Assembly (NCBI GenBank): GCA_028867755.1
Contig: JAGWFT010000001.1
Location: 644,727-708,726, forward strand
Direction: 5' to 3'
Source: Nitrososphaerota archaeon
GTDB lineage: Archaea; Thermoproteota; Nitrososphaeria; Nitrososphaerales; Nitrosopumilaceae
Length of the DNA stretch: 64,000 nt
In this document: positions 1 through 8,678 of the stretch, one piece after another
Numbering within the stretch: the first letter of the stretch is position 1
Layout of the letters: each line of letters begins with the position of its first letter
Program-made: the position numbers and the translations under genes
The notes under the pieces: generated by a model
What the model was told of the DNA's origin: nothing
The model's database searches: none
Seen by the model: the letters and a program-made list of their open reading frames with translations, nothing else

Positions 1-335
1 TGAAGACGATCTATCTGACCATTAATTTTCTCTATAATATTGGAATGTGCTTTTACTTGACTCATTCCATGAAAGAGCCGTTGTGTGTCTTCCTCGATAA
101 TATTTATTTGTCTAGAACTTTTTTGAATTTGATCTAATGAAGAGTTAACTCCATCTATCATGCTTTTTAATGAAATTAGTATTTTCTGATTTTCAGTGAA
201 AATCTTTGACATTGTTTTCACTTCTGAGGCCAAAACTTTGGTTGCGTCAGAAATTGAACTCATCTTTTTGAGAACATCTGAAGTCGGATCCTTGGATGAT
301 CCCTTATTACCCTCAGATCGTTTTGTTTGTTTCAC
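1..335 (-). CDS. Coiled-coil protein, 3' part outside the window
   Basis: Manual translation from GTG at 335 is open to the window edge: MKQTKRSEGNKGSSKDPTSDVLKKMSSISDATKVLASEVKTMSKIFTENQKILISLKSMIDG..., heptad-like. Confidence 0.7.
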   Translation of the reverse strand, partial: MKQTKRSEGNKGSSKDPTSDVLKKMSSISDATKVLASEVKTMSKIFTENQKILISLKSMIDGVNSSLDQIQKSSRQINIIEEDTQRLFHGMSQVKAHSNIIEKINGQIDRL

Positions 336-403
336 TTTAAATTACAATAACTGTAGCCGATAAAAAAGTTCGGTTTTAATTTTCTTCAAAAAATAACCAA
401 AAA

Positions 404-511
404 TTAGTTGTTGACTAATTCTGGGTCATGCATTACTTCATGAAATGTCTTCTCTACCAAGCCATTAGCAGTCTCGAAGAACTGCCTTGGACAGAATTCA
501 CAATTTAACAT
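404..511 (-). CDS. Small C2H2-type zinc-finger protein (35 aa)
   Basis: Manual translation MLNCEFCPRQFFETANGLVEKTFHEVMHDPELVNN; CxxC...HxxxH; TTAATA about 25 nt upstream. Confidence 0.65.
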   Translation of the reverse strand: MLNCEFCPRQFFETANGLVEKTFHEVMHDPELVNN

Positions 512-574
512 GTCTTACCGTACCATACGGTACTATTAACATCAAGGTAACTGTAGTATTACCCGACAAGAATT

Positions 575-1042
575 TTACTTTTTTTCAAGTTTTAGCGATG
601 CAGAATTTATGCAATACCGCAATCCTGTGGGTGCAGGACCATCCTCAAAAACATGTCCTAGATGTGAGCCACACTTTTTGCACATGACCTCAACTCGCAT
701 CACACCGTAGCTAGTATCAGTTTCAGTTTGTATGTTGTCAGATACAGGTTCCCAAAAACTTGGCCATCCTGTACCAGAGTCAAATTTTGTTTTAGAACTG
801 AATAGCTCTGAACCACAACAAACACACTGGTAAACTCCGTTGTCTTTGCAATTGTAGTATAGGCCAGAAAAGGGTGGTTCTGTACCTTTCATTCTACAAA
901 TAAAGTACTGATCCTGTGTAAGCTCCTTTTTCCATTCGTCTTCAGGCATTTCTGATAACAGTGATGTTTTTTGAGATATTAATCTTGGTTCTGTCAAGTT
1001 TACGGCCCATGTCTTCAAACCCAACTTTAAGACTCTACACAC
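575..1042 (-). CDS. msrB: Peptide-methionine (R)-S-oxide reductase MsrB (true start probably TTG 997 or ATG 946)
   Basis: [43 protein letters not shown] motifs. Confidence 0.95.
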   Translation of the reverse strand: MCRVLKLGLKTWAVNLTEPRLISQKTSLLSEMPEDEWKKELTQDQYFICRMKGTEPPFSGLYYNCKDNGVYQCVCCGSELFSSKTKFDSGTGWPSFWEPVSDNIQTETDTSYGVMRVEVMCKKCGSHLGHVFEDGPAPTGLRYCINSASLKLEKK

Positions 1043-1102
1043 TTGGATGTATAGTCAAGAAACTATTGGCAAAAGGCCATAAGCGTAGAATGTCTTCAAA
1101 AG

Positions 1103-1162
1103 GCAGTCAGATACCCCAGGTATAATTCATCATAAAATCAGCAAACCCAATCATCATTCTGC
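1103..1162 (-). ncRNA. Box C/D guide sRNA
   Basis: GCAG-A-ATGATGA(C)-TTGGGTTTG-CTGA(D')-TTTT-ATGATGA(C')-ATTATACCTGGGGTAT-CTGA(D)-CTGC; terminal stem GCAG/CTGC; TTATAAA upstream. Confidence 0.9.
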
Positions 1163-1287
1163 AATCTCTATTATCTGAATACGCTTTATAATGTGAGCGA
1201 TTGTAATGAAACGCTTGCTGCTTGATTCACGGAAAATGATGAAAGGTGTGTATATTTTTAAAACAAGGCCTAGTCAATCTCTAGCAT

Positions 1288-1710
1288 ATGGCAGACAATG
1301 AATTGGAAAGACTTCTAGCCCAACGGCATAAAGACGTTACACTTTTTGATTTTGAAGGTAAAAAGGTACCATGTATCATAATGGAGGAAAAGCGATTTGA
1401 TGAGATCATGAAAACTATAGCTGGAAAACCAATTTCAGTTGAAACCAATCTTAACATACTGCAGGACGGATTGGGTCATGTATTTGTCAATATGGCGTTG
1501 AACTTTTCTCAAGGAGAAATTGAAGAAAAGATATTGTTGTATGCAAACGAGTCCATGGAATTCTTTGAGGCATTAACTGATACATCCATGTTAGCTCTAT
1601 CTTCTCCTCGTTCGGAATATGGACGTTCTAATGTGTTTATGATACAACTTCCTAAACCTGAAAGAACTGCAGATGCTTTAGAGATAATCAAGAAAGGTCT
1701 TAAGATATAG
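1288..1710 (+). CDS. Hypothetical protein
   Basis: 140-aa ORF, normal composition, TATA-like TTTTTAAA upstream. Confidence 0.75.
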   Translation: MADNELERLLAQRHKDVTLFDFEGKKVPCIIMEEKRFDEIMKTIAGKPISVETNLNILQDGLGHVFVNMALNFSQGEIEEKILLYANESMEFFEALTDTSMLALSSPRSEYGRSNVFMIQLPKPERTADALEIIKKGLKI

Positions 1711-1800
1711 ATGCGGGGGCAAAGAAACCAGACGCTCATTTGACCTTTTTTAGAATAAATTTTGGAAAACAAAAAAAAGCTAAGAAATAAGTCCTAGAGC

Positions 1801-2028
1801 TTACTTTCTTAGTTTAAGCCCTATTTTTGCAGCAAGACCCCATGAAAGCAAAGTAAATCCTATTGGAAATACCCCACTTGATAGCATGGATAGAATCCCT
1901 TGTACAGAGATTCCGTTGTTGCTGTATGCGGCTAGAGCTATTGGCAATGCTGCCAAGCCAATTACACCAAATTTCTTTTGGGTTGTAGAGGCGCCGTCTT
2001 GTCTTGTTTGAATGTTTTGTGTGGTCAT
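1801..2028 (-). CDS. Small membrane protein (2 hydrophobic segments)
   Basis: 75-aa ORF with hydrophobic stretches and a basic C-terminus, divergent from the Lrp gene. Confidence 0.65.
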   Translation of the reverse strand: MTTQNIQTRQDGASTTQKKFGVIGLAALPIALAAYSNNGISVQGILSMLSSGVFPIGFTLLSWGLAAKIGLKLRK

Positions 2029-2061
2029 TTTATTTCTGATGTAGGTATACCATGGTGCTAT

Positions 2062-2138
2062 TTAGAATCGGTCTAACTTTCGAATACATCTTTGTTCACT
2101 TGTTGAACTTTTTGACAATTTCAGTTCAAGTTTTGAAC
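2062..2138. promoter_or_regulatory. Three phased 15-bp palindromes, putative Lrp operator array
   Basis: TTAGA-N5-TCTAA (2062-2076), GTTCA-N5-TGAAC (2094-2108), GTTCA-N5-TGAAC (2124-2138); centres 2069/2101/2131. Confidence 0.6.
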
Positions 2139-2175
2139 TCTGTAACGTATCTTATAATTTCTCAAATATGGCACG

Positions 2176-2763
2176 ATGGACGAGATTGATAGGCAAATCC
2201 TGAACCTGCTCATTACAAATGGGAGAATCTCTGCACGAAACATCGTAAAGAGCCTTGAAGACAAGGGAATAAGGATGTCGGAACGAGGGGTAGGAAAAAG
2301 AATGGAAAAGCTTGAGAAAGATAAGGTCATTTTGGGTTACACGACCATTGTAGACCCTAAAACAGTGAATATGACAGTGGCTCGTCTTATTACTGTCAAA
2401 TTTACATCACCACGAGACTTTCTTGAGAGGGTAGAAGAGATGAAAAAATATCTATCTGATGCACCATATTGTGATTTCTCTGCAAGAGCAAATGGCGACA
2501 TAGACTGGATAGAATTAAAGTTTTTCAACAACTCAGAACAAGCAAGGAAGGAAGAAGATCTGTACAGGGCATGGTTTGGAGATATAATTGAGAATTACAA
2601 GTCATATGACCTTGATATTCAGAAGTGGGGCTGGCAAATATTTGACGAAGGAACTTTTGATAGGTTCATACAGCAAATGCTGAAAAAAGATGGACGAATG
2701 TCCTTAGATGAACTAGTTGCGACAAGAAAGAACAAGTTGTTAGAGCATTCCTTATCACATTAA
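2176..2763 (+). CDS. Lrp/AsnC family transcriptional regulator
   Basis: MDEIDRQILNLLITNGRISARNI...RMEKLEKDKVILGYTTIVDP HTH signature. Confidence 0.9.
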   Translation: MDEIDRQILNLLITNGRISARNIVKSLEDKGIRMSERGVGKRMEKLEKDKVILGYTTIVDPKTVNMTVARLITVKFTSPRDFLERVEEMKKYLSDAPYCDFSARANGDIDWIELKFFNNSEQARKEEDLYRAWFGDIIENYKSYDLDIQKWGWQIFDEGTFDRFIQQMLKKDGRMSLDELVATRKNKLLEHSLSH

Positions 2764-2813
2764 GGTCTAAGAAAGGTCAAATGAGCATCCGCTGTCTTTA
2801 CCCAAGATGTAAA

Positions 2814-2887
2814 TGCGGTTGCCGGGATTTGAACCCGGGTCGCGGAATTGGCAATCCCGCATATTAACCAAGCTGTACTACAACCGC
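2814..2887 (-). tRNA. tRNA-Gly(GCC)
   Basis: GCGGTTG acceptor, anticodon loop TT-GCC-AA, CCGGG-TTCAAAT-CCCGG T-arm. Confidence 0.97.
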
Positions 2888-2928
2888 TCAATCGATTTAG
2901 AAATTTCTAGTATATTAAAGGGTACTGT

Positions 2929-3246
2929 TTGGAAACACATTTTTTTAACATCAAGATATCAACTAATATTATGAATCCCCAGCTTGAAGAAAAAGTTAAC
3001 CAGAAAATAAAAGAGGTGACTGGAAAATCAGACGAAATATTTAAAATAATAAATTCACTAGATGATCTCAGAACTCATTCAGACTCTTTTGCTTATGGGA
3101 TTGCTATAGGAAGATTATACAATTCATTTTATTATCAATGCAGAAGAATACTCAAACGCAGTCCTACAGATGAAGAATTTTCAGAGTTCCTTGAAATGCT
3201 TGGCAAAAAGCAAAAAGAAATTCTTGATGCGTTAAGACTTGACTGA
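2929..3246 (+). CDS. Hypothetical protein (probable start ATG 2971)
   Basis: Helical ORF with FAYGIAIGRLYNSFYYQCRRILKR. Confidence 0.75.
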   Translation: METHFFNIKISTNIMNPQLEEKVNQKIKEVTGKSDEIFKIINSLDDLRTHSDSFAYGIAIGRLYNSFYYQCRRILKRSPTDEEFSEFLEMLGKKQKEILDALRLD

Positions 3247-3750
3247 AGCTGGTTTTAAAGAAATTACCTTGATTGTTGGAGTGAGGGGCAATTTTACAGC
3301 GGCGTTGTGCATTGCTTTTTTTGCTACTTCTAGATGTTCTTTTTTGACAAATGCTTCCATGAGTATCTGACCCCTATTGACACGAGCAGCTAAACTGATG
3401 GCTTTGCCAAAAGCTCCTCTCATTCCTTCTTGAAGTCTATCTGCTCCGGCAGTCGCAATCATTTTGTTTTCTCTAAGCAATATGTGAGGATAAATTCTAA
3501 GACTAGAGAAATATCCAGTTTCTCCTGCTACAGTTTCAATGGCTTTGTTTGCGGCAAGTCTTGCTGACTCTATTGCCATGTGTCTTATCTGTATTTTTTC
3601 ATTGGAACATAGCTGGACACAATAATCATAATCTGCATCCCTTTTTCCACCTCCTGAAAACTTGGCAATTTTTATTTGAGGTTTACCCTTGATGAATTCT
3701 TTCCTTGTATAGGGTTGACCATTGCCAGTTCGATAGTTTGCGCCGTGCAT
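3232..3750 (-). CDS. rpl10e: 50S ribosomal protein L10e (uL16)
   Basis: IRHMAIESAR, RIYPHILLRENKMIATAGADRLQEGMRGAFGK. Confidence 0.97.
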   Translation of the reverse strand: MHGANYRTGNGQPYTRKEFIKGKPQIKIAKFSGGGKRDADYDYCVQLCSNEKIQIRHMAIESARLAANKAIETVAGETGYFSSLRIYPHILLRENKMIATAGADRLQEGMRGAFGKAISLAARVNRGQILMEAFVKKEHLEVAKKAMHNAAVKLPLTPTIKVISLKPASVKS

Positions 3751-3880
3751 AAGAACACTTTTTCATGCTATTTGCGCCCATATTTTAACCGTGAGATCGT
3801 TTGGGTGTTATGGCTTACTCGTAAAACCCATTTTTTCTAGATGACTAGTGTTTAAACAAAATATTGAGTAATATTATATT

Positions 3881-4474
3881 GTGATCGGGCTCATTGAATT
3901 TCTGATGTCTGAACTAGAATCAAAGGTAGAGGGGACTTTAATTAAAGATCATGTCTTGATCTTGGACAAAAATATGCAACACAGCCTGGAGCAAAAAGGA
4001 TTTGGAGAGACCATCAAGAAGAAGTTCTTTCTCAAACCATTTGAGTCTCTGTACCTGTTATATGCAGACAAACTCAAACTTCTCAAGGGAAAACAACCCA
4101 TAAACTTTGATTCTCTTATGACTGAATGTGTCAAACAAGACAATGAAGCTTTTACAAAGTTTTTGATTTATCGTGACTTGAGAACTCGAGGATATGTTGC
4201 AAAAGATGGGTTTGGATTTGGTTCAGATTTCAGAGTATATGAAAGGGGGCAATTCGGAGAAAAGGGTGCCAAGTATGTAGTGTTCGGCCTCACAGAGGGA
4301 AGAAGGCAAAAAATAGGCATACTGCAAAAACAGATAGAGCAAATTGTCACAATGGGTAAAGAACCGGTACTTGCTGTAATTGAGAGGCGAGGAGAAGTAA
4401 TCTACTATAAGATATCAAAGATTCAGTTTCATCAAAACAAAGACCAGCCGGGATTCTCAAGCATAGAATTCTAA
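3881..4474 (+). CDS. endA: tRNA-intron endonuclease subunit
   Basis: LKPFESLYL, IYRDLRTRGYVAKDGFGFGSDFRVYERG, VIYYKI. Confidence 0.92.
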   Translation: MIGLIEFLMSELESKVEGTLIKDHVLILDKNMQHSLEQKGFGETIKKKFFLKPFESLYLLYADKLKLLKGKQPINFDSLMTECVKQDNEAFTKFLIYRDLRTRGYVAKDGFGFGSDFRVYERGQFGEKGAKYVVFGLTEGRRQKIGILQKQIEQIVTMGKEPVLAVIERRGEVIYYKISKIQFHQNKDQPGFSSIEF

Positions 4475-4508
4475 TTTTAAATATAGTGAATTTTCTATAT
4501 TACAATGA

Positions 4509-4670
4509 ATGGAATTTAAAGAAATTTACTGTTTTAACTGTAAGAAAAGCCTAGGCAGGTATAGCGACAAATATTTTTCAGATCAAAAGATGGGTGAGAT
4601 CATAAAAGTAAATCATTCCACCCATGTGTATGAAGGACATGAGATCGTAGTAAGACGCATAACGACTTGA
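4509..4670 (+). CDS. Small putative Zn-binding protein (53 aa)
   Basis: Manual translation MEFKEIYCFNCKKSLGRYSDKYFSDQKMGEIIKVNHSTHVYEGHEIVVRRITT; CxxC plus H-x2-H-x4-H. Confidence 0.7.
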   Translation: MEFKEIYCFNCKKSLGRYSDKYFSDQKMGEIIKVNHSTHVYEGHEIVVRRITT

Positions 4671-4765
4671 ATTAATTTTTATTTAAATTGTCCTAATGGT
4701 AAAAGATAAATCAAATCTAGATGATTTCATAGTAACTATTTTATATCTAGAGCATATGGTCAGAC

Positions 4766-5188
4766 TTGTTGAGACTTTCTCTTTTTCTAGTTTTAGGTTT
4801 GGTCTTGTCTTTGGGAACCCTACAATTGGCTCATGCCAGCTATAGTAATATCTCGATATCGGATCCCACCACCATGGTAGACACAACTGGACATGCGCTT
4901 TCAAGTTTTACTGTGGGTCAAGAGATTGGTGTCCAATCTGTCCTGACTAATCATGGAACGACAAACCAAAACTATGCTTACATGGTTCAAGTAATGGACG
5001 GTTCTGGTGGAACAGACTATTTTCAGGCGCAGTCCGCCTCTCTAGAAGGTAATCAATCTTTCACCGTAGTACAAACATGGATTCCAACAAGTCCTGGCAC
5101 ATATACAGTACAAGTATTTGTCTGGGATGGACTTGCTTCAGCCATTCCACTTACAAATGTAGTTGAAAAACAAGTCACAGTAAATTAA
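4766..5188 (+). CDS. Secreted Ig-like/S-layer-type domain protein
   Basis: Signal peptide ending AHA; YMVQVMD...WIPTSPGTYTVQVFVW beta-sandwich pattern. Confidence 0.8.
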   Translation: MLRLSLFLVLGLVLSLGTLQLAHASYSNISISDPTTMVDTTGHALSSFTVGQEIGVQSVLTNHGTTNQNYAYMVQVMDGSGGTDYFQAQSASLEGNQSFTVVQTWIPTSPGTYTVQVFVWDGLASAIPLTNVVEKQVTVN

Positions 5189-5285
5189 CCAAAACAATCT
5201 GCCTCATTTTGAATTTAAGTCTTAGGTAGAACTTTGCAGTACAAATTCTTCGCATTACTTAATAAAAATAAAATTTTTTGGTCTG

Positions 5286-5903
5286 GTGATGCCTGACGAA
5301 TCTTGCAGAACCTGTGGAGGAGAGCTCATGACGCACTCTCAATGTGCAGAATGTAGAAAAACTATACAAAAAATATGCAAAACTTGCAGCATTCTTACAC
5401 GTAAGCAGTTTCATAACAGGTGTGGCAACCAACCAATTCCAATCTCTCATAATGGAAACGTGCTAGAAATAGTCCAGAAGAAGAGGTCTTTTAGTAAATT
5501 TGCTTTAATTCGCTCAGTGACTATAACTCTTGGTGTTTTAGGCCTTTTCATACTTGGTTTTGCTACGGCTGCATCTCTTGACATATTTCAGGATCATCCT
5601 GTCAGTGCTACAATGACAAAATCTGGTAATACTCCTGTACCTCAAGTATATCATACTGTAACCACGTCCAATTCTTTACAAGACTGTATTGCATATGGAA
5701 GCGGAGAATCGGTTACGGTAACATGTCCCACACAATATGGATATGTGTACAAGGCAATACTAGATATGCCACAGGATCTTGCAAGCAAATTCGCTGATTC
5801 GGTTTTTTCAATAAGGGGTGTATCTGTTATTGAACACTCAGACGGTTCTGTTATCCTACAGTATCAAAATAATGACTATATCACAAACTTTTTTGCAAGT
5901 TAG
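5286..5903 (+). CDS. Membrane protein with N-terminal Cys-rich zinc ribbon
   Basis: CRTC, CAEC, CKTC, HNRC, then one TM helix and a C-terminal domain. Confidence 0.8.
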   Translation: MMPDESCRTCGGELMTHSQCAECRKTIQKICKTCSILTRKQFHNRCGNQPIPISHNGNVLEIVQKKRSFSKFALIRSVTITLGVLGLFILGFATAASLDIFQDHPVSATMTKSGNTPVPQVYHTVTTSNSLQDCIAYGSGESVTVTCPTQYGYVYKAILDMPQDLASKFADSVFSIRGVSVIEHSDGSVILQYQNNDYITNFFAS

Positions 5904-6070
5904 CCAATAATGCAAATCTCACAGTCACAGGAAACCTTGTCATCTGCCTTGGCAAGGCATTTTGGGTGCTGTCCTGCCTGGCATTGAACGCATATGGATT
6001 CTGCATTATCTAGATCAGAGTATTTTTTTCCTCCATCAAACCCAAAACCGCCATCTCTTGGTCCTACCAT
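5900..6070 (-). CDS. Small Cys-rich protein (56 aa)
   Basis: Manual translation MVGPRDGGFGFDGGKKYSDLDNAESICVQCQAGQHPKCLAKADDKVSCDCEICIIG. Confidence 0.7.
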   Translation of the reverse strand: MVGPRDGGFGFDGGKKYSDLDNAESICVQCQAGQHPKCLAKADDKVSCDCEICIIG

Positions 6071-6171
6071 GTTTATTGTATTACAATTCAGGTATTTTAG
6101 ACCTCGTAAATCTCAAAAAAAATGATTATATTTTTTTCTATCCTGTCTAGTTATTAGAAAATTAAATCGTA

Positions 6172-6247
6172 TGCTCCCGCCGGGATTTGAACCCGGGATC
6201 ACTGCCTTGAGAGGGCAGTATGCTTAGCCGGACTACACCACAGGAGC
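6172..6247 (-). tRNA. tRNA-Glu(CTC)
   Basis: GCTCCTG acceptor, CTGCC-CT-CTC-AA-GGCAG anticodon arm, TTCAAAT T-loop. Confidence 0.97.
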
Positions 6248-6362
6248 TATCTTAAAGCCATAAGGAATAGCAATTTAAAGGCTGGCCTATTGATTGGAAA
6301 ATTGCAATAAAAAAGCATTAACGTAATGTTTTCTGCAACCATATGTGATCCGGGTTGATGCA

Positions 6363-6839
6363 TTATTTCTTGCTGTTTACCAAATCGGCCCAGAGTTTTC
6401 GCTCTTCTAACTGCGGGCTTTGATGACCTTCTTCCACTTCTTCCTTTATCAACTGTAGTGCAAGCTCTGCTTCGTTTTGTAGTTTTTGTGAAATGCTTTT
6501 TGAAAAAATACTTGTAACTCCTAGTATAGTATAACTCATCTGAGTTTCAAGAATTGTTGTACTTCCGGAAGTGTAAAGCAAGATGTCCTTTATGCCTGTT
6601 ATTGGACCTTTGAGCCACTTTATGTGAATTCCTTCTTTTGGAAATAGAGTTACTCTTTGTTGGCACTTGTTATCTTTTCCAAGAAACACATCACGAATTA
6701 TGACATTTTGTTCTTTTGATATGTTTCTGATGTGAGTTATTGCCTTCCAGTATGATGGGTCATTGTCAATTTCAGATATTATTTTCCACACCTTTTCTCG
6801 CGATGCGTTGATCTGAATTTTTGCATTAATCTCTACCAT
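6363..6839 (-). CDS. SRPBCC/polyketide-cyclase (START-like) protein
   Basis: INASREKVWKIISEIDNDPSYWKAI N-terminal pattern. Confidence 0.85.
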   Translation of the reverse strand: MVEINAKIQINASREKVWKIISEIDNDPSYWKAITHIRNISKEQNVIIRDVFLGKDNKCQQRVTLFPKEGIHIKWLKGPITGIKDILLYTSGSTTILETQMSYTILGVTSIFSKSISQKLQNEAELALQLIKEEVEEGHQSPQLEERKLWADLVNSKK

Positions 6840-6941
6840 GAGATGAAATTAGTAAATTTGGGATAAATATGGGTGGTACACACTGTAATACAGTCAGAGG
6901 CAAATATGATGTCTAAATCGCTAGTTTGTGAATGGTAAAGA

Positions 6942-8405
6942 CTATGACTTGAGTTTGATTATTCCCTTCTGTATCATGTATTGGAGACCTTGAACAAACT
7001 GATCATCGCCAATTTGTCCTTGCGACCACCAACCGGCGTCATTTTTTATCCATGCTGGAATTAGTTGAGTCCCAGACGCTACAGATGAAGTTCCAGATTG
7101 CGTTGGTATCTGTATTATTCCCTTCTGTATCATGTATTGGAGACCTTGAACAAACTGATCATCGCCAATTTGTCCTTGCGACCACCAACCTGCATTGTTC
7201 TTAATCCATGAAGGAATAACAGTAGATTGAGTTGTATTGGAGGTACTTGTGGTGTTTGTTATGGTAGTTCCAGTAGCAGCAAAAGATGGTGATGTATTGA
7301 CAGTTATATTTATCAAACCAGCTAGGCTTGTGTCAGGTGTTGTTCCTGCTGGACCAATCCCTAGTGCTGCAATTATAAAATGAGTTACAGGTGTTGTTCC
7401 CTTCAAAACTATAGTCAAGTCATCGTCACCTACTGGTGCAAATAACGCAGTTCTGCCACCGTCTTGAGCTACAGAATCAATTTGATGTCCTTGGTCATCT
7501 ACTGTATAGATATCATATTGAACACTGGAATATTTCTGACTCTGATCAAAGGTTTTCTCAAAAGATAATCTCCATTCCATGGTGCATCCTATGTGTGGTG
7601 TGGCAGGACTATAACGATATGCAACTATCATGTTTCCTGAATCTGTTGTCTGTGAGTCATGACCAACATCATTTACCATGTCAGGTGCAGGGCATTTTGA
7701 GTTTACACCTCTCTGTGTAGTAGATTGTGTATTCAAGAATGATGGTTCAGTAGGGCTATTGCCTGTTTGCAATAATTCCAAAGTAAAATCTGGCGGCGGA
7801 GTTCCGCTTGTAACATCGGTATATACAATTGCCTTTACTGGGAATGCAAGGTTTGGTGTAACCCAGAGCATGTTATCCACATCTTTGTGCCAACCAAGGA
7901 TCCATGTCTGGAAAGTTCCAGCTTGTACTGTAACTGACTGTTGTCCCATAGAGCCTACTGATTGACCTCCAACAGAACCAGTTCTGCCCCAGGAAGGAGA
8001 GCCAAATGTCTGAGCGTTATCTTTTGAAGAAAATGCATCAAGCCATGCTATAGTATTCTTGTAAACGTTTGCATAATCAGTGATGTTGGGATCTGTAGAA
8101 GTTGGATCTGGCGTTTCTGTACCTATGGTTACTATTCCTTTCTGTACGATGGAACCATCGATTGCTAACATTTCCAAGTTCCAGCCCTGACCATCACTAG
8201 TTTGGTTCTTCACCCAGAAATCAATCTCAAGTGGTGTACAATTATGCCAATCTGTCCAACATACGTTATACTTGTAATAATCACCTTGCTTGAGACTTTC
8301 TCCTGGATACCACGTTGTTGCAAACGCGTTGGGTACTACCATAAAAATACTGCCCATAATTATCGACGCTAGGATAATTGCTAATGAAAAGTAACTAGTC
8401 TTCAT
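6942..8405 (-). CDS. Secreted/surface protein with two C-terminal WIKNNAGWW-type thaumarchaeal repeats
   Basis: Signal peptide ending AFA; Thr-rich linker; two IPxWIKNxAGWWSQGQIGDDQFVQGLQYMIQKGII repeats. Confidence 0.88.
   Translation of the reverse strand: MKTSYFSLAIILASIIMGSIFMVVPNAFATTWYPGESLKQGDYYKYNVCWTDWHNCTPLEIDFWVKNQTSDGQGWNLEMLAIDGSIVQKGIVTIGTETPDPTSTDPNITDYANVYKNTIAWLDAFSSKDNAQTFGSPSWGRTGSVGGQSVGSMGQQSVTVQAGTFQTWILGWHKDVDNMLWVTPNLAFPVKAIVYTDVTSGTPPPDFTLELLQTGNSPTEPSFLNTQSTTQRGVNSKCPAPDMVNDVGHDSQTTDSGNMIVAYRYSPATPHIGCTMEWRLSFEKTFDQSQKYSSVQYDIYTVDDQGHQIDSVAQDGGRTALFAPVGDDDLTIVLKGTTPVTHFIIAALGIGPAGTTPDTSLAGLINITVNTSPSFAATGTTITNTTSTSNTTQSTVIPSWIKNNAGWWSQGQIGDDQFVQGLQYMIQKGIIQIPTQSGTSSVASGTQLIPAWIKNDAGWWSQGQIGDDQFVQGLQYMIQKGIIKLKS
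6958..7190. repeat. 77-bp exact direct repeat (6958-7034 and 7114-7190)
   Basis: Identical DNA copies 156 bp apart encoding the duplicated GWWSQGQIGDDQFVQGLQYMIQKGII. Confidence 0.9.
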
Positions 8406-8678
8406 GCCCTGATATGTACAATGTATTTTTGAGGACTAATAAACTTCATTAAACTATGTTAATGGTTACGGATTTCGCAGCTTGGCAGCAATTAGTGGTA
8501 CAACAGTCAAACAAAGGAAAAAGGACAACCTATGAGTAGAACTGCTGTACAATTTGCTTTCTAAGGCATCTTGGATATACAGAACTTCTTAAGGAAACAA
8601 ACAATCTAACAGAACAACAGTTTTTGTAAATTTTAACAGCTTGGACGCTTTATAGCAAAATCAATAATTGGGATTCCT

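Noticed and set aside
988-1000. GGTTCTGTCAAG resembling an IS6 terminal repeat (similar at about 48501-48512)
   Set aside because: No transposase or partner end nearby; explained by the likely msrB start TTG-ACA-GAA-CC and by a BRE-position sequence at 48501
1205-1260. Additional ATGATGA (1235-1241) as a third C/D sRNA
   Set aside because: No downstream D box or terminal stem
3802-3832. Imperfect hairpin between rpl10e and endA as a ribosomal-protein leader
   Set aside because: It lies upstream of the likely rpl10e TATA, so it is probably not in that mRNA; weak stem
8462-8629. Short ORF interrupted by one TAG (MVTDFAAW...YE*NCCTICFLRHLG...), possible pseudogene or readthrough
   Set aside because: No recognisable homology or supporting signals; could be chance
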